A stretch of 64,000 nucleotides of DNA from Octopus vulgaris. Taxonomy: Eukaryota. The notes beneath the pieces are model-generated. The model ran no database searches and was not told the origin of the DNA. It was given only the letters and a program-made list of their open reading frames with translations. The stretch is taken from assembly GCA_951406725.2 (NCBI GenBank), contig OX597818.1:49166001-49230000 (forward strand), read 5' to 3'. Of the stretch, positions 26,291 through 38,921 are shown one piece after another (the stretch's first letter is position 1; the number at the start of each line of letters is the position of its first letter). The translations under genes and the position numbers were made by a program.

Positions 26291-26556
26291 CACTACCATC
26301 ACCCCCATACTACTACTATTACTACTACTGCTAATACCAGGTCTCTCCCACACAGTAGTACTTCACTGTAACTGATTTACACTGCTGTAAACTTCTCATT
26401 ACATTTTCTTTTCACACTTCACTATCTATTTTATTAAATCATTTCATTTATTTTCCCTTCTCAAGTTACAGTATTTTTAATTATCCTTCTCTGTATACTG
26501 CAATTAACTTCGAAGATCATACCTCTAAAAGGTATCCTTGATATCATTAAATTGTT

Positions 26557-26593
26557 ATGGTTGATCAACCAACGCATCATCATTTCTATCGGG
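26557..26593 (+). CDS. Candidate first coding exon (MVDQPTHHHFYR-) of the SH2/WW-like gene
   Basis: gttATGG start context, GTAAGC donor at 26594, and a phase-1 end that matches the phase of exon A (G+TG=Val); lies in a repeat-free island. The phase match has a 1/3 chance of being coincidental. Confidence 0.3.
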
Positions 26594-28475
26594 GTAAGCC
26601 AGAATCAATTAAAAGAATTATTAGCAACTTTGGAAAGCAGCCAATTTCTTGGATATTTGCTGAAAGAGTAAAGTAAAGTGTTCTCTGTAGGCTTTCTCTG
26701 TCAGTATGATTGGTGCTGGATATATATACAGAAAGGCAAGCAAGAAGCAGGCATATACAGACAGCTGGCTATAGCTACTCCTGTTAAATCTCTTTATGTG
26801 TGTGTCAGATCTTACTTCACATCTTTCCACTCAGTACAAACATTCATCCTTACCAGTCTTGTTGCTGCAAAGTGTTTATGGAACAAATAACTACCAGAAT
26901 TCATGCAACTAAAAGAAGAAAAAAAAAACAAACACAACAAAAGATTTTCTATGAAACTAGGAGTTAGACTTAACTGATTTAATGTGTATGTCTGTATAAC
27001 TATTTTTCTTGCTAAATTTCTTGAAGTAAGTTTAGTTATAAATATTGACCCTTTCTCTCTCTCTTTCATATCAGTATTTTTTTTTTCTTTTCTGAAAGCA
27101 AAGACAAATTCAATCAGATCTTTCATTGTTATTATACTTAAATAGTATAAAGAGAAATATTATCAGAGAACTAAAACAATAGTTTCATAGATAAATTTAA
27201 TGACATTTTCAAGATTAATTATAAGCAGAAATTAGAGTTAACTTCTAAATATTTGGAAAAATATCTTTAGAAATTCCTATTTATTTTCATATTATATTTT
27301 CATTTATTATTATAGTCTTCTTTGTTAACAATCAAGACTTCTCACTCACTTATAATTAAATCATAATTAAGCTGGGGAATATATTTTAGCAGTGTTGATG
27401 TTAGTCCTGATTCAAATATTTCTTTACACTTTGAGAGGATAATTTGTAACATCTGGTGAATATTATACCAAAAAGATTTTACCCAAGATAAGATATATCA
27501 TCTATCTATTCTTCTCTTCCTGCTTACTAGTCTTAGCCATATATTTATTCCATCAGTCTGTCCTTCGTTCTTAGTATATTTATATATATATATATAACTT
27601 TTTTATTGACTTTATAAATAGTTTTTACATTTTTGGTGGGAATAGTTTACACATAAAGAACTTTCTCACTAAACCCCACTTTTAATAGGAAAACAATTAA
27701 ATGACTAAACAAACCATAGAAAAAATAACTACATTGAACAGTTAAACAAATCTAAACTTTCTGGATCATTATTGTTTATGTTATAACACTAAAATATGCA
27801 GAACCAATATACAACAATGGGTAAGATATTTGCCACTATTTCCATTTTCACTCTCTTGTATGCATGTGTCTATTTTGTTTTCTTATTTACATATTTCTAC
27901 AATCTCTATGTCATGTTTACTTGAAAGTGTGTTTTTGAGTAAATATATTAATTTACATTAGCTTTACATAAGCTTACATTAGTTATGTTTTATTTTGAAA
28001 TATTCTGATGTACAATATAACTTTCATATAAATATAATTGTTTCATACACATTCTTTATTTAAAATTGTATCTGTATTAGTAAATATTTTTATGCAATAT
28101 TTTAAAAAAAATAAACATTTTAATGATTTTTCATGTTATTTACTAGAGCTCTTTTAGTTTTCTTTAAACAATACACTGATCAGAAGGACATTTAAATATA
28201 TGTGTATGTGTGTATGTAAAATAGTCATAAAAATAATGTTGTATGAAATCACAAGGCTAAACAACAACACTAAATGAAGTGAACAAGCCAATTCTTCAGA
28301 ATATGCCAATGATGTTTACACTGACAAAGGCCAATACAATAAGATAAATTATAGAAATGGTGTATCTCGTTTCATTGAACATAGTTATTGTTCAGTTCTA
28401 TATTTAAGAGATGAGGAATTATGTACATTATTTACAAGATGAGGAGAAATATTCCCCTGTTGTAAATAATGTATA

Positions 28476-28880
28476 GGCGTAGGAGTGGCTGTGTGGTAAG
28501 TAGCTTGCTTACCAATCACATGGTTCCGAGTTCAGTCCCCGGGCCGATCAAAGCCTTGTGAGTGGATTTGGTAGACGGAAACTGAAAGAAGCCCGTCATA
28601 TATATATGTATATATATATATGTGTATATATATATATATACATACATACGCATATATATGTATGTGTGTGTATATGTTTGTGTGTCTGTGTTTGTTCCCC
28701 CAACATCGCTTGACAACCGATGCTAGTGTGTTTACATACCCGTAACTTAGCAGTTCGGCAAAAGTGACTGATAGAATAAGTACTAGGCTTACAAAGAATA
28801 AGCCCTGGTGTCGATTTGCTCGACTAAAGGCGGTGCTCCAGCATGGCCACAGTCAACTGACTGAAACAAGTAAAAGAATA
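28476..28880 (+). mobile_element. SINE-A with internal deletion
   Basis: Family match lacking the CORE-like segment. Confidence 0.85.
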
Positions 28881-29064
28881 GATATTGTTCAGTTCTATAT
28901 TTAATAGATATGGAATTATGTACATTATTTACGTTATTTACATTATTTACAAGATGAGAGCAAATATCCTTCAATTGTAAATAATGTAAATAATGTATAG
29001 TTATTGTTTTCATTAATCCACATACTAGTGATAAAGTTGATAAATATATGTGTGAAGTGATTAA

Positions 29065-29272
29065 CCCATTAGCATTTCAGCTGGCCATATCCAGCCGAAA
29101 TATTTTATCTGGTTTAGCCACATCTGACCTCTCTCACCTGTGCTACCATATCGTTTTAAAACTAAACAATCACATATTGATATCTTGAAGCTACAAGATA
29201 ATGCATGACTAATTCAAAACAATGTGAATAAATTAGCATTATATTTGACAGAAGAATCTGAATGTTAAAGGG
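29065..29272 (+). mobile_element. piggyBac-like TTAA MITE family 2
   Basis: ttaa-cccattagcatt...aatgttaaaggg-ttaa; related copies at ~42449-42626 and partially at ~48640-48743. Confidence 0.65.
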
Positions 29273-29977
29273 TTAAAAAGAGTTCAGGTCTTAATTTTTG
29301 GGGGTTCAATATCTGAAAGCCAAATGTAGATTCTTAATATTTTTATTATAAACACTTTTCTCAACACAGATAGGGGTTTTTTTTTAATCATTTTTTATTG
29401 TTTAGACTTTGGGGTAGCCTGTTTGAGTAGATCCATGATTGGGTGGTGTTGAAATTGTGGCTATTTTACCTATTTTAAGGTGATATATATCTTATAGAAT
29501 GCATCCTTCCATTTTTAAGTATTTACTGCATGATTTGAGGAAGACTTGGCTGTTGTTTCTAGTAGGTTAAACGACCACATAGAGGTGCAGTTGTTGGCTT
29601 GTTTTGAAAGTTTATTTTGTTTTTGTTTAGCTCCACATCAGTCATAATGTGGCAAACTTTTTAAGATCATGGGTGTTACAACTGTGGTTGTCCTATATTT
29701 TATTCTTAACACTGCTTGGACCCAGGACAACATTATCTAATGTATCCTTCTATAATAAAATGGTACAGTGTGATTTAAGGGAGATTTTGCTGCTATTTCT
29801 AGCAGGTTCAAGTGATTGTGTAAAGCTGAGGTCCCTGTTTGTTGTCTACACCACCTGTCTTTGTCTTTTGTTTTTTTTTTTATGAATTTCCTCCAGATAT
29901 AATGTTGTTAAAATTTATGCACAATAAATTGGTTTTACCTCCACAATAAGCAAAATATAAAAAAAATGTTTTCTATT

Positions 29978-30133
29978 GGCATAGCATGTGTGGTAAGAAG
30001 CTTGCCTCCCAACCACATGGTTCTGGGTTCAGTCACACTGTGTGTCACCTTGGGCAAGTGTCTTCTACTATAGCCTCGGGCCGACCAAAGCCTTGTAAGT
30101 GGATTTGGTAGACAGAAACTAAAAGAAGCTGGC

Positions 30134-30203
<70 letters not shown>

Positions 30204-30812
30204 TATGTATGTATTTATTTGTTTGTGTGTCTGTGTTTCTCCTCCCACCATCGCTTGACAACCAATGTTGATGTGTTTACGTCTCCAAAACTTAGCGGTT
30301 TAGCAAAAGAGCCCGATAGAATAAGTACTAGGCTTACAAAGAATAAGTCCTGTGGTTGATTTGTTTGACTAAAGGTGGTGCTCCAGCATGGCCACAGTCA
30401 AATGACTGAAACAAGTAAAAGAATAAAAGAATACATACAGGTGCAGGTATGGCTGTGTTGTAAGCAGCTTGCTTTCCAACCTCATAGTTCTGGGTTCAGT
30501 CCCACTACATGGCACCTTGGGCAAGTGTCTCCTACTATAGCCTTGGGCTGACCAAAGCCTTGTGAGTGGATTTGGTAGACGGAAACTGAAAGAAGCCCAT
30601 CACATATGTGTGTGTATGTGTGAGTGTTAGCCACCACCTCCCATCCCCACTATCACCTGACAACTGATGTTGGTGTGTTTACGTCCCTGAAAATTAGTGG
30701 TTTGGCAAAAGAGGCCGATAGAATAAGTCCTGGGGTTGATTTGTTTGACGAAAGGCGGTGCTCCAGCATGGCCACAATGAAAATGACTGAAAACAGACAA
30801 AAGAAATAAAAG
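29978..30812 (+). mobile_element. Two adjacent SINE-A copies
   Basis: 29978-30433 and 30440-30812. Confidence 0.85.
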
Positions 30813-31136
30813 AAAAATATAATAATAATATCTAATTATTCACTTTTCCTTTTTTTTCCATGGGTTGGGTAAGAATTTCTTGAGGTGGATTTTCTCTGGC
30901 TGCATCCCCTTCCTGTTGCCAACCCTTACCTGTTTCCAGGCAAAGTCTTGATGACCAGACATGTTTTTATGGGAGGAAGCAATGAATGCTGTTGTATGAC
31001 AATGACACACATTTACAACTCTCATGTAATGTTGAGAAGGAGAACCAACTCTCCCTCCCTCACTCACTCACTCTCTCTCACACACATACACATGTATGGG
31101 TGTGTGTGTATATATATATATATATATGCATATATA

Positions 31137-31200
<64 letters not shown>

Positions 31201-31207
31201 TATATGT

Positions 31208-31474
31208 TGCCAGTGCTGCTGGACTAGCTCCTGTGCAGGTGGCACATAAAAAACACCATTTGAGCATGGCCGTTGCTAGCACTGCCTGACTACACTCTCA
31301 GAGCATCCACTACACTCTCGGAGTGGTTGGCGTTAGGAAGGGCATCCAGCTGTAGAAATTCTGCAAGATCAAGATTGGAGCCTGGTGCATCCATCTGGTT
31401 CACCAGTCTTCAGTGAAATCGTCCAACCCATGCTAGCATGGAAAGCGGACATTAACCGATGATGATGATGATGA
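31208..31474 (+). mobile_element. Family C 3'UTR copy
   Basis: Same core and (GAT)n tail. Confidence 0.75.
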
Positions 31475-31820
31475 TTGTATATATATATATATATATATTT
31501 ACATGATAGGTTTCTTTCATTTTCTGTCTAAGAAATTCACTCACAAGGCTTTGGTTGGCCTGGGGCATAAGTAAAAGTCACTTGCTCAACTGCATGATTG
31601 TGGGACTGAATGAACTCACAACCTTGTGATTGTGAAGCAAGCTTCTTAAGCACACAGCCACACACACACATATATTTATAATATAATCTTTACTCTTGCA
31701 AGGGATAATAACAAGAAATGTTAGAGATGGTGCGTCTTTTCATTATACGTCATAACACCTACACACTGGAGATAAATCAGATAAATGAAATTCACTTCAA
31801 AACAAAGTTCGTTGGTAGCT

Positions 31821-32207
31821 GTAGGAGTGGCTGTGTGGTAAGTAGCTTGCTTACCAACCACATGGTTCCGGGTTCAGTCCCACTGTGTGGCACCATGGAT
31901 AAGTGTCTTCTACTATAGCCTCGGGTTGACCAAAGCCTTGTGAGTAGATTTAGTAGATGGAAACTGAAAGAAGCCCGTTGTATATATGTATATATATATA
32001 TGTATGTGTGTGTCTCTGTTTGTACCCCCAACATCGCTTGACAACCAATGCTGATGTGTTTACATCCTCATAACTTAGCAGTTCGGCAAAAGAAACCAAT
32101 AGAATAAGTACTAGGCTTACAAAGAATAAGTCCTGGGTTCGATTTGTTCGACTAAAGGCGGTGCTCCAGCATGGCCACAGACTGAAATAAGTAAAAGAGT
32201 AAAAGAG
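31821..32207 (+). mobile_element. SINE-A
   Basis: Full-length match. Confidence 0.88.
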
Positions 32208-32649
32208 ACTTCTTTCATTTTAAAAAAAATTCTAATTGTGCTTAGTGTTATTTAATTAGAGTTCGGTCCTGGTGGATGCAGTTTGCCTATGATCAAAGGC
32301 ATTCCAAACATGACCATTTTTATTTCTCTGGTGTTACATTGTCTAATGTATCCTTCATTTGTTAACAGTTTAGAGTTTGATTTGAAGAAATTTGGTTGTT
32401 ATTTTAGCAGGTCTTGCACCTGTGGCCTAGACTGTTTTGTTGTAGTTCTCTGTTGAATACCTGGGTTGAGCTAATTCTTGATCTGTATTCTTCTATTATC
32501 ATTCTTTATTACTTCTGCTTAGATTTAAAATATCCCTGTTTACTGTTAAGAAATATTATCGGGAATGCCATTATCAGATTTGTTAAAAAATAATTGTGTT
32601 TTTGTTTTTAAATCTAAGTATCTTATCTGCTGGTGTTTTCAAAATCCTG

Positions 32650-32830
32650 CCAGCTTGCTGCTTTAAAGAATTGAAGAAAACAGTTTTACTTGCCAACCAT
32701 CAAACATTGACCATAATGAGATTCAGTTCAAGAAAGTGCTTTAGTGTTTCTCCTCAGTTCAACCACAATCAAAATGCTGTCGGTTGTGACTATAGAATCC
32801 ATTTTTCATCACATAATAATGCAATCAAGT
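32650..32830 (-). mobile_element. Decayed mariner transposase fragment
   Basis: Minus strand reads LDCII/CDEKWIL across a frameshift, resembling the mariner TxDEKW motif. Confidence 0.5.
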
Positions 32831-33076
32831 AACGGTTAGTTTTTATTGTATAAAATAAGTGTACGTACATACTTAATGGTTAGGGTATTTGGTCATGAGT
32901 TTGATTCCTGGTGGTATGTTGAATCCTTGAACAAGGCATTTTATTTCACATTATTCCAGTCCACTCAGCTGGCAAAAAATGAGTAGTACCTGTATTTCTA
33001 AAGGCCAGCCTTGTCACACCTTGTGTCACGCTGAACTGTGTTCAGGGTACATGTGTTTGTGGAGTGCTCAACCACT

Positions 33077-33474
33077 TACTCTCTTTCACTTGTTTCAGTC
33101 ATTTGACTGCGGCCATGCTGGAATACCGCCTTTTAATCGAACAAATCGACCTCAGGACTTATTTTTTGTAAGCCTAGTACTTATTCTATTGGTCTCTTGT
33201 GCCGAACCACTAAGTTACGGGGATGTAAACACACCAGCATCAGTTGTCAAGTGATGTTGGGGGACAAACACAGATACACAAATATATATACACACATACA
33301 TATATATATATGCAACAAGCTTCTTTTAGTTTCTGTCTACCAAATCCACTCACAAGGCTTTGGTCAGCCTGAGGCTATAGTAGAAGACACTTGCCCAAGG
33401 TGCCACGCAGTGGGACTGAACCCGGAACCATGTGGTTCATAAGCAAGCTACTTACCACACAGCCACTCCTCCGC
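33077..33474 (-). mobile_element. SINE-A
   Basis: Full-length match. Confidence 0.88.
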
Positions 33475-33495
33475 TTATAATACATGAATATAAAT

Positions 33496-33565
33496 CATCC
33501 CTGGTGGGATTTGAACACATGACCTCTGGATTAGAAGTCCAGCGTGCTATCCCCTGCACTAGAGA
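33496..33565 (-). pseudogene. tRNA-Arg(TCT)-derived pseudogene or fragment
   Basis: Minus strand ..GATAGCACG-CTGGA-CTTCTAA-TCCAG-AGGTC-ATGTGTTCAAATCCCAC-CAGGGATG: perfect anticodon arm with TCT; 5' acceptor and D arm damaged. Confidence 0.7.
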
Positions 33566-33717
33566 AACTTACTTGCATGTTAATTTCACAAGCAGGCTGC
33601 TCTGTTGATCAGATCAACCAGAACCTTGTCATTGTAAATGACAGGGTGCCAGTTTAAGTGCAGAACAGATTTCATAATGACAAGATTTTATAGTCTTGTT
33701 CAGCTCATGCCACACTT

Positions 33718-34364
33718 ACCGTAAATCCTCGAGTATAGTCTACCCTTGAGTATAATATGCAGGGGATTTTTAGGGGGCTGTACCTCTGAAACACCTTAAC
33801 CTTGTGTATAATATGCACCCCTTCTCTAACTTGAGTCAAGGAGGTCTATATAACGTCCTTGGTTTGTAAAATTTGTATACGATAACGTCCTTTATTATTA
33901 TTGTATATGTAACATAATGCAAATGTGTAGCTTTTTTGTGCATTTTGTTTGCAGAAAATAAAGAAATAACAGTAATAACATTTAATAAATGTTGCTTACT
34001 GCAAGTTATGGATGACTCTTTTATGACTTCATTGCTTTCAGGCATAGCTTAAGGTATTTTTGCACCTGACATCACAAAATGCGTCTGAATAGACATTGCT
34101 GGTGCAATTGTTGAATAACCTACATTTGATTTTTCAACAAGTTCTGAAGTTGTTTTTCATAGGTCTATTTCTATAATGACCTTGAATTGATCATTGTCAA
34201 TTGATGGTCAAACTCCAACTTATTTGTCTTCAAAGTCATTGTCTTACTCTCCAAAATATTTGGCATGGGGATGTTGGTCTGTACTTTTGTTGATGGATCC
34301 CTGGCTAAATGGTTGGCTGACATTGTGACAAGTATCCACTGTTTATGTTCCATTTTGAAATCAT
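33718..34364. mobile_element. Decayed pogo/Tc1-like DNA transposon remnant
   Basis: Starts with a TACCGTAAATCCTCGAGTATAG-type terminus and a subterminal repeat; interrupted by a TTAA MITE. Confidence 0.35.
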
Positions 34365-34368
34365 TTAA

Positions 34369-34584
34369 CCCTTTTGTTACCAACCCAGCTGAAACCGGCT
34401 CTGGATCTGAGTACAAATGTCTTGTTTTCATAAGTTTTGAATTAAAATCTTCCACCAAAACTTAGTCACAATTTATGTTCCTAACACTGGCTTAATGATA
34501 ACTAAGTTATTTTACTAAATTCTTTGTTATATTTAAAGTAATCGAAAGAAACACAGAGCATCTCAGAATACAGTAACGAAAGGG
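34369..34584 (-). mobile_element. piggyBac-like TTAA MITE family 1
   Basis: TTAA TSDs; TIR cccttttgttac / gtaacgaaaggg. Confidence 0.8.
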
Positions 34585-34990
34585 TTAATGAAGTCACATA
34601 GAATTTGCTCTTCTCTCCATCTTTGGTTTGACAGCCACTAATGAATAAAAATAAACAGTAAAAGCTAAACAATTAGCATAAATCATTAGATTGAAATCTG
34701 TTTTTCAATATAACATATTATGTGAAGCTAGTTCAATAAAAGTTTATTCCAAAATAATAAAACCTGCTGTTATTTATGATACTATATTGAAAACAGACTT
34801 ACCAGGCCACAAGTAGCAACTTATTTAACTTTTAAGGACTGCATGTGGGTTTTTATTTGGTTTTTTTTTTGGCTTTTAGTTATTTAATATTTTAATTTTT
34901 AAAGCCCAACACCCTTTGGAATATCCTATTAAATGATCAATTAAGTAAATTAGAACCAACCTGCAAGCAATCCTTACATATATTTATGTA

Positions 34991-35022
<32 letters not shown>

Positions 35023-35357
35023 CATGTGTATCATCATCATCATTTACTGTCCATTTTCCATGCTGGCATGGGTTGGACAGTTTGACAGGTGCTGACCAGC
35101 TGAAGGACTGTTCAGGCTCCATGTCTGTTTTGGCATGGTTTCTATGGCTGGATGCCCTTCTTAACACCAACTGCTTTTCAGAGTGTACTGGGTGCTTTTC
35201 ATGCGGCACCAGCACTTATGAGCCCACAAGATTAAGGGATATTTGTCTGGAGAGGGTTATAAGGTATGATGTGTGTGTGTGTGTGTGTATATATATACAC
35301 ACACACACACACACGTGTTGGTTGTACGAAAAAAGCTCTCCGAATGTGATTGATACC

Positions 35358-35575
35358 AGGCCCTCCTGACTGGCTCCTATGCCAGTGGCACGTAAAAAGC
35401 ACCCATTACACTCTCAGAGTGGTTGGCATTAGGAAGGGCATCTAGCTGTAGAAACATTGCCAGATCAGATTGGAGCCTGATGCAGCTGATGGCTTTCCAG
35501 ACCTCAGTCAAACCGTCCAACCCATGCCAGCATGGAAAACAAACATTAAACAACGATGATGATGATGATGATGAT
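35358..35575 (+). mobile_element. Family C 3'UTR copy
   Basis: Same core and tail; an older inverted copy lies at ~35030-35215. Confidence 0.75.
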
Positions 35576-36920
35576 TGTGTGTGTGTGTGTGTGTGTGTGT
35601 GTATTGCTGTGTGGTAAGAAACTTGGTCCCCAACCCTACCACATGCCATTGCATGACACCTTGGGCAAGTGTTTTCTATTATAGCCTCAGGCCAACCAAT
35701 GCCTTGTAAGAGGATTTGGTAGAGAGAAACTGAAAGAAGTCCATCAGATATATGCGTGTGTCTGTATTTGTCCCCACCACCACTTGACAATTGGTGTTGA
35801 TGTGTTTACGTCCCTGTGACTTAGTGGTTTTGGCTAAAGGGACTGATGGAATAATTACCAAGTTTAAAATAACAATAAGTAATTGGGTAGAACCATTTGA
35901 CTAAAAGTTCTACGAGGCAATGCCCCAGCATGGTCGCAGTCTAATAACTGAAACAAGCATAAAAAATAATGGAATAGTGAGCAAAATATTTGTTGTGAAT
36001 GACTTTCTACCACAATCTGCTACTTTTTGAAATTTTTGTGCTACATTTTATGAAATTGATCTTCTAACCCAGCTTGAAAAAGTTGAATTCATACTATAAA
36101 TACACATACACGCCAGAGAGAGAGAAAGAGACACACACACACACACATACACACACACACTCTCTCTCTCTCGCTCTCCCCCCTTCCCAATATAGCTAAA
36201 ATATATTACTTTATTTTGAAACTGTTCTCATGACATGAGAATTGTGACTGAAAATAATACTGGTGTTTTGATGTTTGTCAAAGCTGTTTATGATATTTGT
36301 ATCCTAGTTTTTCTGTTTGTCAATCTCTGCAAAATACTTTTTCTTTTCCTCCCCTTTAACTATGTCCTCTTTGGAGAGTACTGGTGAACATAAATATTTG
36401 TAGGTATTTCATCAGTCTGATATGTCATTATAACATTTAAAAAACAATTTTGACATTTAATAAAATTATAAATATTCAGACTATTAACCTTGTTTCTAAG
36501 GAAGGAACCAATTTTTTATAAGTTTTATTTATAGCTACTCTGCATTTCAGACTACATCTTAATCAGTTTGATTTATGAATACCATTGGATGTCTTATTCC
36601 TGTTCATGTATATAGTTTTAAGACTGATTTTGAACCAGCTTTCATCAGAAGCTTAGTAAACTAGTAGATATTACCTTTAGTTTAGCAATAAAGATTCTTG
36701 GTTCAACTCCAGTCTGGTACAAGTAGATGTGTATCCAGGAATAAGACACTTGATGACAGAGATGAAAATGATCAAAACATGGTACATATGTAAATATTCT
36801 TAAATATCTTATCTCAAAATATGCTATTAATAATCTAAAAATTATAATTATATTAACAACTGCTTATCTGAGACATTTGACATTTGACATTTTATTGCGT
36901 ATCAAAACTCTGATTTATTT

Positions 36921-38050
36921 TCATGTAAATTCATATTCAAGACATTCGAGTGTACTTGGACATGAGAAAACTTTCCACTGCAGATGTAGTCCAAGGAGAA
37001 AATTCTCCTCTTAAGACATGTGTAAAAACAAAGTGGCCGTATGGTAAGAAATTTGCTTCCCAACCACATGGTTCCAGGTTTAGTCTCACTACTTGGTAGG
37101 TACCTTGGACAAGTGTCTTCTAATATAGCCTCAAACCAATCAAAACCTTACAAGGGGATTTCATCATCATCATCATCATCATTTAACATCCATTTTCCAT
37201 GCTAGCATGGGTTGGACGGTTTGACTGAGGACTGGTGAACCAGATGACTGCACCAAGCTTCAATCTTGCTCTGGCAGAGTTTCTACAGCTAGATGCCCTT
37301 CCTAATGCCAACCACTCCAAGAGTGTAGTGGGTGCTTTTACGTGCCTCTGGTACGAGGGCCAGTCAGGAAGTACAAGCAACAGCCAGGCTCAAATGGTGT
37401 TTTTTAACATGTCACCTGCACAGGAGCCAGTCCAGTGGCACTGACAATGACCTCACTCGAATGTTTTTTCCACATGCCAGCGGCACAAGTGCCAGTAAGG
37501 TAATGCTAGTAATGATCATGCTTGACTGGTGCTTTTTACATGCTACCGGCACGGGAAACTGACAGTAACCCATCCTATATGTGCATGTGCGTGTGTGTGT
37601 TTGTCTGTGTTTGACCCCCACCCCCACTTGACAAGTGTGGGTTTGTTTATTTCCTATGACTTAGTAGTTCATCAAAAGAGGTGGATAGAATAAGTATCAG
37701 GCTTGAAAATAAAAGGTATTGGGGTCAATTCATTCAACTAAATACCCTTCAAGGTAGTGCCCCAGCATGGCTGCAGTTTAATGTCTCAAACAAGTAAATG
37801 GTAAACGATACACGGTGTGAATTGGAATGTAGGACACCTACACTTCTGTGGATTACAGATTTGGTTTGCATTGCTGATGAAGTGAAATGACAGAGAGACA
37901 CACAGACATCTTGTAATCCAATGATGTCATTCACAGCCTATTGTTTGTTTTTACATATGTCTAAGAGGAGAATTTTCTCCTGGGACTACGTCTGCATTAG
38001 AAGGCCTCTCTTCCAAGTGCACTGGAATGTGTTGAATATGATTTTGCATG
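36921..38050. repeat. ~110-bp diverged inverted repeat pair (36921-37032 / 37943-38050)
   Basis: For example ggagaaaattctcctcttaagacatgtgtaaaaacaaa vs tttgtttttacatatgtctaagaggagaattttctcc. Confidence 0.7.
37161..37555 (-). mobile_element. Family C 3'UTR copy, 4 units, inserted in an old SINE-A
   Basis: Same core and tail. Confidence 0.75.
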
Positions 38051-38116
38051 AATATATTTCGTTCGACATTGCTGTGTGTGACATTATTTAGTTAATTCTA
38101 TTAATTTATTTATTGC

Positions 38117-38497
38117 GAGTGGCTGTGTGGTAAGTAGCTTGCTTACCAACCACATGGTTCCAGGTTCAGTCCCACTGCATGGCACCTTGGGCAAGTGTCT
38201 TCTACTATAGCCGCGGGCCAACCAAAGCCTTGCGAGTGGATTTGGTAGACGGAAACTGAAAGAAACCCTTCGTATATATGTATATTTATATATGTATGTG
38301 TGTTTGTGTGTCTGTGTTTCTTCCCCCCAACATCGTTTGACAACTGATGCTGGTGTGTTTACATCCCTGCAAAAGAGGCCGATAGAATAAGTACTAGGCT
38401 TACAAAGAATAAGTCCTGGGGTCGATTTGCTCAACTAAAGGCGGTGCTCCAGCATGGCCAAAGTCACATGACTGAAACAAGTTAAAGAGTAAAAAGT
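38117..38497 (+). mobile_element. SINE-A
   Basis: Full-length match. Confidence 0.88.
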
Positions 38498-38701
38498 ATT
38501 GGAAATAAATTTACATGAATCTGAGATGTGATTCTTGATGATCTAAAGATAATCAATGTGAATATTTAAAATGTTATGTAAAAATATATTGAATATATAA
38601 AATGAAAGTGATTGGGAAATATACTAATGAAAATATAAGGGGTTAATAACTCAATTAACTCTTGCCTTAAATTACATTTTCCTCTTCATTTACTTTGTTA
38701 C

Positions 38702-38921
38702 CCCTTTTGTTACTGTATTTATTTTGAGGTGTTCTGTGTTTCTTTCAATTACTTCAAATATAACAAAGAATTTAGTAAAATAACTTAGCTATCGTTCAGC
38801 TAGTGTTAGGAACATTAATTGTGACTAAGGTTTGGTGGAAGATTAACATTCAAAATTTATGCAAACAAGACATTTGTACTCAGAGCCAGAGCCGGTTTCA
38901 GCTGGGTTGGTAATGAAAGGG
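38702..38921 (+). mobile_element. piggyBac-like TTAA MITE family 1
   Basis: Same body; right TTAA intact. Confidence 0.75.

Noticed and set aside
25730-26375. Poly-Glu and poly-Ser ORFs
   Set aside because: Microsatellite translation artefact.
36740-36790. Further hammerhead-like trace (TTGATGA..AAAAC)
   Set aside because: Two core mismatches and no convincing stem II.
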